Below, one piece after another: positions 27,256-36,622 of a stretch of 56,121 nucleotides of DNA; the first letter of the stretch is position 1; every line of letters starts with the position of its first letter. Both the position numbers and the translations under genes were made by a program. Source of the DNA: a virus. Lineage: Duplodnaviria > Caudoviricetes. The stretch lies in the IMG/VR virus record IMGVR_UViG_3300046328_000525, positions 1-56,121 of that record; one strand, given 5' to 3'. The notes beneath the pieces are model-generated. The model searched no databases, had not been told where the DNA came from, and saw nothing but the letters and a program-made list of their open reading frames with translations.

Positions 27256-30200
27256 CTATGAAAGTGATTCTGCTGAAACTGTTGTCCAGCGTTCTCCCTT
27301 TGGTGTATCTAATTTAACACGCACCGAGCCAGATGCGTTCTTTACAATTTCAGTAATTGTCCCTGTAACTCCAGATGAAAGAGTTGTGAATAGGTCGCCT
27401 ACTTCGTATGTCTTCTGATTTACTGTCATTTTGCTTCCGTTCTATTAGTTGTTGTTGTTACTGGAGTATTATAGCAGGGGGGTCTGACAAGTGACAAGCC
27501 CCCCTGCATAATTATTTATTCAGCGAGAGAAACAAACGCCCAGCCTCCGCCGTCGTTGGCTTGCTTTACGAACTCAAGAGTTTTGAGTGCGTGAATTGTT
27601 GTTTCCTGAACCATGGCTGTGAGTTGCTCCTCTGTAAGAGAAATAAGAGCAGGCAGAAGATTTGCAGGCAACTTGTCAATGTTGATTTCTGCAAGGAAAG
27701 TAACTGTGTGTGGAACTGTGATGATGTTTGACATGTCATGCCTTTCGTTGTTGGTATGAGAGTATTATAGCTTATAGGTCTGACACAAACCTATAAAACC
27801 TCGGCGTGTCGGAATTATTTTATGTGATAAAGCTCACAAATTCCAGGCGTATTTTTGACTTGACGTAATTGATCTTATGCCCCCGCACCTAGGTACGGGA
27901 CCTGCCGCCTTTTGTCAAGGCGACACGCCGTCTAACTGGATTTTATCCATAAATAAATTGAGAATCCTATCGGTGAGACTAGGGCAAAAATTAGCCCTAG
28001 CCCCAACACGGCCCCTATAAAGTCATACATTAATCTAACACGCTCCAATACTCCATGCCTAGTTCATCGGCAACATATCGAGGGACATCGCTCCACACTG
28101 TTTCGTTGTAGAAATATTTAGGGCGGGCACCCGTGAGGGTTACTTTAAAAAATATGTCATCGTTTTGATCTTGATGAATAGTTACCTTTTCATCAGTGAA
28201 GACATTAAACCATTTAGCCGAACTTACTGGAGGATGCTTAGCCATTATTCATTCACCCATTCTAAATCAGACATGCCATCAACGCATGCACACGGATTAA
28301 TTTCTAGCCAGCCGTCATTATCAAACACGAACGCAACATCTCCGCAATCGTTGCAGAGGCTTGCTATTACATCCTTTAGCATTATTTAACCGCCTTCATA
28401 TTGTAGTTGCTTGCTTCATGGAATCGGGTTACATCAAATCGAGGATTATCTTTTGCAAACATCTCCGCAAAATCTGTTACAACTTTTGTAAATAATGCGG
28501 GATGAGTTTTGTTGCTCATATAATTAAGAATTTCTGCAGTTGCTACATAATCTTTTCGAGTCATCATTATTTAATTACTACCCTTCCATCTCTGTAAAAT
28601 ACTTTTGTGTAACACTTTCCTGTTGGTGTGTAAAGATTAACTGTTGAGTATTCATTAGCTAATCCCCAATCCTTGAACATAAAGAAATTTTCCCATGCCG
28701 CATATTCCATTTCGTACGTGGCTGACCAATGAGGACTTTCCTCATAGTCATATTGGCAAGTTAGTTTGTACATAGTTTTCCTTTCGTTGTTTGAATAATT
28801 GTATTATAGCGGAGCCCACCGACAATTAGTCGGAGGACACGCAGACGGTTGCCCAGAAATCTTCATGAAGAAATTTTCCGTCATATGTAGGGCGGACACG
28901 GATACGATAAGCCTCAGAGCCTACATAGAATAAATCAGGGGCATGGTTAGCCTCTTGAATAATGCCCGCAAGATTACGGGACTTTGAAGAATAGAACTTG
29001 CCAACTAGTAGTTGGTCAATAGAGTAATTTAGTGCTGACATGGTGTCTGCCTTTCGTTTGTTTGTATATGGATATTATAGCGTAGGGGACTGACATTTAT
29101 GACATTACTAGCCAGTAAATCCAAATAATGAGACGCTCAGCCTATGTGATATAGACCACAAAAAATGTCCAAATTGTCTGTCAAATCGACACGCCGCATT
29201 TTCAGGGAATTTTATGGTCATACTTAAATATGACTGGTCCCCCATGCTTTTTGTGGGCGGATCGACTTTTGTCAAGGCGACACGCCGTTAGGCTAGTGTG
29301 ATTCTTGCCACATCTCCCGCATATCTGCGATTACCTCACGCCCTACTATGCGCCCCATATATAGGGCGGGGATAGCGATAGACATCTGCACAATAGTAGT
29401 TAGGAATCTAGTCATTTACTTTACTCTCTTTCGTTTGATTACTTTATAGATTATAGCGGACACTACCGACAAGGCGAGTAGTTCCCATGAGATAGCGATA
29501 TAGCATAGGGCTGTATCTAACATGAACCCATACGATCCTATTTCTAGTGTAAAGAATCCCTCGCTCATGCGTTTATCTCCATTTCTGTTTTGTGTGCGTA
29601 TCCATTGCTCGCACATTCGTAGCAATACTTTTCGGTTGGTAGTCCTAAGAGGAAAGCATCTACGCCACTATATACCAATTCGGTAGAGTCGCATATATCT
29701 ACATTACATTTCATAGAAAGAAATACCCCGCTATCGCTACTAGTACCAATACAATCGCATTAACATCTGAGGTGCTCATTAGTTATCTCCAAACATTGCT
29801 AGAACCATATCAACTTGCTCATCTGATAGGTGTTCGATTTCAATAGCATCTGCAAAACCGAATGGGTCTGCATCTTCTGACTCTACATCTTCAATGTATG
29901 CATCTTGCACATCATCTTGAATAGTAGCGTACTTATCGAATGTGTTTGAATCGAATCCGTATGTGTATGTCATTTTGTTTCTTCTTTCGTTAGTAGTTCA
30001 ATAAGATAAAGGTAGCGGATAGGTCTGACAATTGCAAGCCCATAGGGTGTGGTGTTGGTCACACCTAGTACATCTGTGTAGTTAGTACTATGCGACGCTC
30101 ATTGCGTGTCGCTATGTTTTTCTTAGCGATAGGGAAAGGTAGTTTATAGAGCGATACATGTGTATCGGTTTCGATAGTTACTACACCCTCAAGAAACTTA

Positions 30201-30417
30201 CCATTCTTCATGGTGATTTCTGTCCAATTCTTGCTAGTCATTATTTGACCTCCTTAGCATTGAGAGCCTTTTGAATCTCACGAACATTTTGTAACCATGG
30301 TGTATTGGCTACGATAGCCTCATGGCGTAGGCGGTTACGCTCTTGCTGTGCTTGAGCGAAAGCCTTGAAATATTCATGAGTGTTGCGGTCTCTATCCGCT
30401 TGTGTTAGTTGAGTCAT
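27256..30417 (-). CDS. array of small early-type genes (27256-27429, 27516-27734, 28030-28245, 28245-28382, 28382-28567, 28567-28773, 28826-29041, 29416-29568, 29779-29973, 30065-30241, 30241-30417)
   Basis: many are preceded by the repeated promoter and an ACGAAAG-type leader. Confidence 0.7.
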
Positions 30418-30682
30418 TTTGTGACCCCTTTCTTTTGTTTGTTTAACTTTATATATAAAGCTTAACACGGGGGTCTGACAAATATCAAGTCGCAAAACGG
30501 ACATTAGAGACATTTCCAAAAGAAAGTGTGTGATATAGGTAACATTGACCAGTCATATGGGCGGACTATCGGACAAAACGGACATTGTTATATGTGTGTA
30601 TCATACAAATAAAAATCCTATTAACATTTTGTCAAAATCGAAATAGCAGTCGACTAGAATATATAGGCGGTATACTTAGAAT

Positions 30683-31495
30683 ATGAATACCAAGCCAATA
30701 GAGTACTTTAATATGCAGGACCTGGAAACAAACATCAAATACTTTGGAGATAAGTTCAAAGAGGACGGAATCCTAGTTTTCAGAAATGCTAATTTAAACG
30801 AAGCAGATCAAAGGCGGGTACAAGAAATTTTCGGGGACTACTTTGGAATCTTTCCAAATAGCCAAGAGAGCTTTGATCAACTATACATAGAAAACCATAC
30901 TGCACTACTGGAAAATAACGTATCTGGTGATCAATTGATGCTCGGTTGGCATATGGAACATTTGTATATGTCTAATCCAATAGTGGTTGGTTTCTGGAAC
31001 ATGTACAAATTTTTGGCGGATTCAAATACTGGTAAAACATTCTTTTACGATTCTAGGACGCTATATAAGCTAATTCCAGATGACTGGAAAGACTTCTTGG
31101 CGTCATGTGTAATCGATGCTTCTCTAAATGTAAATGTCTTGGACGATACTAATCACACTTCAGCAATTTCCAGACATTGGCTGACAAATGACTATATGAT
31201 ACGTATTCCTCTACATGACATAGGTGATGATCCTAATCCTTTAGTTTACTTTGCGGGACTTCCCGCCTCTAATGAACAGAAGGATCAATATGAAGAAATT
31301 ACAAAAGGAATTAAGGAGCTTCTACTCGGCGACACTTTTCGCACTTTTGAGCATAAGTGGAAACAGGGCGATTTAGTAATAGTTGATATACATTCTATGC
31401 TACATGCTGTATCAGGAGGATTTGATCCAGCTGATAGAGAATTTAGAGGAATGTGGTCTTACGCAGAAAAATTCATAAAGCCTATAGGAGTATAA
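30683..31495 (+). CDS. TauD/TfdA-family dioxygenase
   Basis: GILVFR, WHME, G.T.F.D, H.W..GD.VI.D....H. Confidence 0.85.
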   Translation: MNTKPIEYFNMQDLETNIKYFGDKFKEDGILVFRNANLNEADQRRVQEIFGDYFGIFPNSQESFDQLYIENHTALLENNVSGDQLMLGWHMEHLYMSNPIVVGFWNMYKFLADSNTGKTFFYDSRTLYKLIPDDWKDFLASCVIDASLNVNVLDDTNHTSAISRHWLTNDYMIRIPLHDIGDDPNPLVYFAGLPASNEQKDQYEEITKGIKELLLGDTFRTFEHKWKQGDLVIVDIHSMLHAVSGGFDPADREFRGMWSYAEKFIKPIGV

Positions 31496-31502
31496 TTATA
31501 CT

Positions 31503-32309
31503 ATGATAAATACAGAGCCGATAGAATTTACAAGCATTGAAGAGATTGCAGCAAATTCCAATTTTTACTTTGATAGGTTTAAAAAGGACGGCATTCTAGT
31601 TTTTAGAAATGCCAATCTTACAATAGAGCAGCAAGAAGAGCTGCAGCTAAAAATGGCTGATGCCTTTAACTACTATCCCAACATACACGATCTAACTGGG
31701 CATTATGTGGAAGACCATTCAATGTCAATACCAAAAAATGCGGGTCCAGATGAGATAATGTTGGATTGGCATATTGAGCATGTATATCTAGAGAATCCAA
31801 TCGTTCTAGGAATATGGAACATGCATGTGTTTAACACAGACCCTGAAAATGGCAAAACATATTTTTATGATTCTAGAATATTATATGACAAACTTCCAGT
31901 TGAGTGGAAAGAGTTTTTGTCTTCATGCATTATTGACGGAGCTACAAATAGCGATCCACTAGGTAGCGTTAAATATACAAAGCCTATAATGCCACATTGG
32001 TTAGATAAAAGACCAACCATAAGAATTGCTGTAGGAAAACAAGAAAGCAGTATCGATATACTTAAACGAGTAAATGATCGTCCACCTACAACTAAAGATC
32101 ATAGAATGTATTCTGAGATTACAGCTAAAATTAAAGAAATCTTAGATAACGATACTGATAACAGAATTGTTCACAGATGGCAAGTAGGGGATATAGTAAT
32201 TCCAGATATGTTTACTATGGTTCATTCTGTTACAGGTGGATTTAAAAAAGAAGATCGTGTATTTACTGGTATGTGGTCTTTCCCAGATAAATATATTCCA
32301 CGGTCTTGA
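31503..32309 (+). CDS. TauD/TfdA-family dioxygenase (tandem paralog)
   Basis: same motifs; WHIE. Confidence 0.85.
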   Translation: MINTEPIEFTSIEEIAANSNFYFDRFKKDGILVFRNANLTIEQQEELQLKMADAFNYYPNIHDLTGHYVEDHSMSIPKNAGPDEIMLDWHIEHVYLENPIVLGIWNMHVFNTDPENGKTYFYDSRILYDKLPVEWKEFLSSCIIDGATNSDPLGSVKYTKPIMPHWLDKRPTIRIAVGKQESSIDILKRVNDRPPTTKDHRMYSEITAKIKEILDNDTDNRIVHRWQVGDIVIPDMFTMVHSVTGGFKKEDRVFTGMWSFPDKYIPRS

Positions 32310-32340
32310 CCTATTAAAATTCTTAATGTTATACTAAAGA

Positions 32341-32520
32341 CCTTGGACAGTTTTCGGAGATAATATCAAGGGGTTAAACTCCAAGTGCGATGATGACGGA
32401 AGTGTGTAAATACACTATCAAAGAGTAACATTACTTTCAGATTTTAGCTATGGCCACTATGGTTCAACCGATGAATTGCGATCTTATAAATTGACAATTT
32501 CGGGGTTCTTTTCAGTTTTT
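32341..32520 (+). ncRNA. putative stand-alone structured RNA
   Basis: TTGACC-N18-TATACT upstream; end-to-end pairing; T-rich end; no long ORF. Confidence 0.5.
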
Positions 32521-32746
32521 TATCTTTAAAAAACTTGAAGGGGTATAGGGGTTGTATGCTCTAAATCTGGAAGTATGTTATAAAAGATAAAAGAGTAAAT
32601 ACAAAAATAAAATTACATTAACATTATAAAAGATCTAAAAAGCAGTCAACTAGAATAATAGGAGATATTATGAAGACAATAATTTGGGTGGGAGTCGTAG
32701 CAATCCTAGTACATATATGTGGCATAGCCATTTATATACTAAACTA

Positions 32747-32821
32747 GGACCTATAGCTTAATCTGGTTAAAGCGCTTGTCTTATATACAAGTGAATCTCG
32801 GTTCAAATCCGAGTGGGTCTA
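32747..32821 (+). tRNA. tRNA-Ile(UAU)
   Basis: GGACCTA/TGGGTCT-A; CTTGT-CTTATAT-ACAAG; TTCAAAT. Confidence 0.88.
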
Positions 32822-33394
32822 CAATTTAAAATCATCTACATCTGAAAGTCTTAAATCAGAAAAAGACGGGAACTGTGAAATTAAATTCTCTCTTACGCAA
32901 TAGGCATTAAAATCACTAGAGAATTTAATCAATCCTCGATCAATATGCCAAGCGTAATCTGAGAGCATATCTGCAAAATACCGCATCTTCTCTGGATTAA
33001 TACTATATGCTTGAGTTCCTGAGCCATTAACATATCTGGACCAATATGAATTTATATCTTCTAGCTTTGGTGATAATGATCCTAAATAGAAGATATCAGC
33101 GTTTTCTGGTAATTCCCGCATCTTATCTCCAAATTTTTCACTAAACCCGTCGACAAATAGAGCATCATCTTCTAATATAAGTATATTTTGTCCTATATGT
33201 CCGTTTATTACGGCTAAATGACTTTTTAGACATGCCATATATGGCTCAATATGGAGCTCTTTAGCGTCGAATGCACTAAAGCGCTCATATTTTATATCTA
33301 ACTGCTTAAGTTGTGCATCTAATCGAGACATTCTATCTTGTCTCCGATCTAGATTTATGACTATAACTTTATCGAAGTACTCATTCACATGCAT
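32819..33394 (-). CDS. GT25-family glycosyltransferase
   Basis: VINLDRR.DR, RFSA.D, C..SH, ILEDDA. Confidence 0.9.
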   Translation of the reverse strand: MHVNEYFDKVIVINLDRRQDRMSRLDAQLKQLDIKYERFSAFDAKELHIEPYMACLKSHLAVINGHIGQNILILEDDALFVDGFSEKFGDKMRELPENADIFYLGSLSPKLEDINSYWSRYVNGSGTQAYSINPEKMRYFADMLSDYAWHIDRGLIKFSSDFNAYCVRENLISQFPSFSDLRLSDVDDFKL

Positions 33395-33597
33395 TTGGTA
33401 TCTGCCAATCTTTTTAGAATATGCCTTTAAGGGCCTTCTGAGCCGTTTTAACGGACTTTTAGCCTTGCTTTGACAACCATAGTCGTCTGATGGCTCTAAA
33501 TGGCCTCATAAATATTTTTTCAACTCTTTTTTCAATTTTGTATGCGCCCATTTCTTGTCTGCTGCGCTTTACAAAATCTGGGGTAAACATTAATTCT

Positions 33598-33801
33598 TTA
33601 AAGTGATGTCTTGTCATCTCTCTCCTGTGATCTTACAAGGTGCAAATCGTCTAAAATACGCTCTAGAAATTCCTGCCCTTGTTCCTGTGTAAGAAGAAGG
33701 GCATATTCATTATTTAACCAATGTGCAGTCTCAGCTCTATCCTCAGAATATCGAAGCTCATTTGCTCTCATAAATATTTCATCTCTTAGTGTGTAATCCA
33801 T
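33598..33801 (-). CDS. hypothetical protein
   Basis: leaderless TGATATAAT-N6-ATG. Confidence 0.6.
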   Translation of the reverse strand: MDYTLRDEIFMRANELRYSEDRAETAHWLNNEYALLLTQEQGQEFLERILDDLHLVRSQERDDKTSL

Positions 33802-33890
33802 TTATCTATTATATCAAAATTGTTCTTCTACCGTCGGCGCACTTGCACTTCGTTTTCGCACCATATTAGTCAAAATGTTATAATTAAAAT

Positions 33891-34382
33891 ATGTTATATC
33901 TAGAGCCATTTACTATTATGAATTTCCTTTCTACCGACGAACTTGAATATTTTGATGACGTAATAGCAGAACCAAATAAATACGGGTATGCATGGAAAGA
34001 CGGATCTTTAGTAGCAAAAAATGACCCTACTATAAAAAGCATACAAGAAAGACTTTATGATCTTTTTAAAGTTACAAACGGGTATGTTGATACTGGCTGG
34101 ATGATTCAAAAGGCAGCTGTTGGAGAAGGACTTATTTATCATTATGATGCGTATAGCCCTAAAGGTGCAGACATTCCTTCAACAACTTATGGAGTTGCAA
34201 TATATTTAAATGATAATTTTACTGGCGGGGAATTACATTATAAATTTACAGATGTAAAGATTAGACCAGTTCGTGGAATGCTTGCAGCACACCCTGGAAC
34301 AAAAGAATACACTCATGGCGTTTTAGATGTAACGCTTGGGAATAGATATGCAATAACAGCATTTATTCATAATTTAGATTAG
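33891..34382 (+). CDS. 2OG-Fe(II) oxygenase (P4H-like)
   Basis: HYD, YLND.F.GGE, HGV..V..G.RY. Confidence 0.9.
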   Translation: MLYLEPFTIMNFLSTDELEYFDDVIAEPNKYGYAWKDGSLVAKNDPTIKSIQERLYDLFKVTNGYVDTGWMIQKAAVGEGLIYHYDAYSPKGADIPSTTYGVAIYLNDNFTGGELHYKFTDVKIRPVRGMLAAHPGTKEYTHGVLDVTLGNRYAITAFIHNLD

Positions 34383-36214
34383 TTTACAGGAAATGAAATA
34401 GATGACAGCCATGCAGATGATGCATTAGGCACAACATTTCCATCATTTCCAACTGATGTGTAATTTATATTTGCAGTTCCATATTGTTGTGTAGGTATAA
34501 CAACTTCTATAGCAGAAGGCCTGAACCCTTCTGGCAATACAAAAGCTCCAGATCCAGCAGTTCCACCGCTTACTCTACCTCTCAAATAAACAACTCCATT
34601 GATCCTTCTATAGGCTACGCTTCCTCCAGAAAAATTATTGTTAAATGATGTTACAGATATCCATCCAGTATCACCAATATAGGCTCCATTATATGTTCCG
34701 CTAGCATTAATATTTCCAGAATCGGTTACTTGAAATATTGTTGCTGAATATGCATTGTTAATTATTTCAAATGAGCCTTGATTATTCATACGAATATATT
34801 TTTTACTATTAGTTGCACCACTAGCAGTATTTTCAAAAGTTATAAGACCAGCATATCCAGATCCACCGTGTCCATTTCCAGTAGAAATTGTAACTGGGTC
34901 TACAGAAGAATTTGCAGATGCAAAGCTAGCCATAGTTATTATTGGAGACAGCATATCTGCTTTAAAATTAAGCTGTCCTTGTATACCGCTTGTAACTCCA
35001 TCTAGATATCCGATCTCAGTGCTTGAAACATTTCCAACCACATCTTGCTTTGTATTTAGTTGGCTTTGTATAGAAGAAGATACGCCATCTAGATAGCCTA
35101 TCTCAGTATCAGTTACTCCAGATACTCGTATCTGTATTCCTAGCTGAGAAAATGTTTTATTTTTCCATAACCCGCTTGAAGACTCATATGCAAGTAGATC
35201 TTTATCAGTTGGTGTTGATCCATATCCAGATCCAATTAATACATCGTGAATCTCATTAAGCTCAAATCCGTTTTGAGGACGAATAAATATCTCGCCATTA
35301 TTCTGGTTGGCTCTAGTCACAATTCCTATAAAAACTAAATGAGCTGGAGCAACTGGCTTATTTGCTAATCCGTATACAAGATTTCCATTTGTACCAAGCC
35401 ATACTGGGTCTCCAGCGTTTGCAGTAGATGTATTTAGGCCAGATAAAATTCCTTCGGTAACTACTGTCCCTTGCCCATTTGTGCTAAGCGTCGAGGATAT
35501 TAGCCCCATTGTTTTAGATGAGGTTTGCTCTGTAGCATTAGAAGCTTTTGAAACAATAATATTAGTACCATCAGCGCTTGATGCATATACAGCCTGCCCT
35601 TTTGTCAGGGATTCTCCAGCCTTTACGCTATGCTGCAAAACAGAAGCATATGTTATTCCAGCATCAAGCAGGTTGTCCACATCTTCTAATTGATTTATGT
35701 CAGTAGGTATAGCTGGTTTGTTTAAAATTTCTGATAACCCACTGGTTGAGTTCCAGTCCGAATTAACCTGTGGAACAGCAGCAGTTGTTTGTGTTGTATC
35801 ATCAGCAAAAGTTAAATTAGTAACTAAAATATTTTCTAGCTGCGCCTGAGCAATTCCGTTAATAAATAGAATACCATTGTCAACAGTGATTGTCGCATCT
35901 GTATCTAATGTTTGGTCCGTTATATTAATTTTTCCAGGACCAATGTATATGTCTTTCCATCTTTTTTCAGTAGTTCCTAGTGTGTGCGTATTATCAGCAT
36001 CTGGAATTATATTGCTTGGGACATTAAGAAAGTCTAATGGATCTCCGTCAGCGCCATCTCCACCTGGGGGTCCAACTAAAGAGTCTAACCAATCTTGTTC
36101 TGTTCCCGAGAATCCGTTGTTTAATGCAACTTGATATGCAGATGCTCCAGGTTCACCTGAAAGTCCTTCCTCAGATCCACCAATACTAGTAATTCTTATT
36201 CTTGGCTGGCTCAT
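34379..36214 (-). CDS. tail-fibre-like virion protein
   Basis: G.SAYQVA..NGF.GTEQ.WL.SL; TEIGYLDGV.S.IQ.QL repeats shared with 45080 gene; C-terminal YRRING.VYLRG module. Confidence 0.75.
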   Translation of the reverse strand: MSQPRIRITSIGGSEEGLSGEPGASAYQVALNNGFSGTEQDWLDSLVGPPGGDGADGDPLDFLNVPSNIIPDADNTHTLGTTEKRWKDIYIGPGKINITDQTLDTDATITVDNGILFINGIAQAQLENILVTNLTFADDTTQTTAAVPQVNSDWNSTSGLSEILNKPAIPTDINQLEDVDNLLDAGITYASVLQHSVKAGESLTKGQAVYASSADGTNIIVSKASNATEQTSSKTMGLISSTLSTNGQGTVVTEGILSGLNTSTANAGDPVWLGTNGNLVYGLANKPVAPAHLVFIGIVTRANQNNGEIFIRPQNGFELNEIHDVLIGSGYGSTPTDKDLLAYESSSGLWKNKTFSQLGIQIRVSGVTDTEIGYLDGVSSSIQSQLNTKQDVVGNVSSTEIGYLDGVTSGIQGQLNFKADMLSPIITMASFASANSSVDPVTISTGNGHGGSGYAGLITFENTASGATNSKKYIRMNNQGSFEIINNAYSATIFQVTDSGNINASGTYNGAYIGDTGWISVTSFNNNFSGGSVAYRRINGVVYLRGRVSGGTAGSGAFVLPEGFRPSAIEVVIPTQQYGTANINYTSVGNDGNVVPNASSAWLSSISFPVN

Positions 36215-36480
36215 CCTATGTCCAATATAAATTTAGCAATAGAGACTCCAGAATCTCCTACAACAAAAAGTTTGTCATTTGGAGCGAGTTCAATTGTAAA
36301 AGATTGTCCAGGATAAAGTTTATGACCATATATTGATGTGGAAACATCTTCGTTTCCAAGATATGCATATCCAGAAGATGATACATTTTGAACTGATAAA
36401 ACTGTCAATGGGTCAATTACTCCAGATACAGATAAGTTAACTGGGGTTGAGTTTAAGGGTATAATTTCCTGCCTAATCAT
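36211..36480 (-). CDS. small beta-rich protein (possible virion component)
   Basis: leaderless start MIRQE; SVQN...YLG...G..L.PG.S. Confidence 0.65.
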   Translation of the reverse strand: MIRQEIIPLNSTPVNLSVSGVIDPLTVLSVQNVSSSGYAYLGNEDVSTSIYGHKLYPGQSFTIELAPNDKLFVVGDSGVSIAKFILDIG

Positions 36481-36503
36481 AAATACATTATACCCGTAAT
36501 ATA

Positions 36504-36586
36504 ACACAAAACCCAATTGGAGGCGGATTCCAATTGGGTCGTGCTGTGCCTGAGCACAAACGGGGAACAAGTATGCTCAACCCGAA
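36504..36586 (-). ncRNA. putative pseudoknotted small RNA with own promoter and terminator
   Basis: TTGACT-N17-TATACT; CGGG/CCCG and TGAGCATA/TGTGCTCA; 11-bp terminator stem. Confidence 0.6.
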
Positions 36587-36622
36587 TCTAAAGTATAAGA
36601 TATTATATTTTTAAAGTCAAGA

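Larger units (their letters stand above)
20391..29287. repeat. dispersed fixed-spacing intergenic repeat, 8 copies
   Basis: CAGG-like core, C[G/T]TAA 20-22 bp later, CCC 16-18 bp later; cores at 20395, 20582, 21327, 23338, 25098, 26350, 27844, 29203. Confidence 0.7.
22197..30481 (-). promoter_or_regulatory. about 13 TGTCRG-N10-TAnnnT promoters (PafBC/RecA-NDp-like)
   Basis: copies near 22197, 23259, 24904, 25063, 26269, 27217, 27468, 27764, 28803, 29074, 29450, 30009, 30459. Confidence 0.85.
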
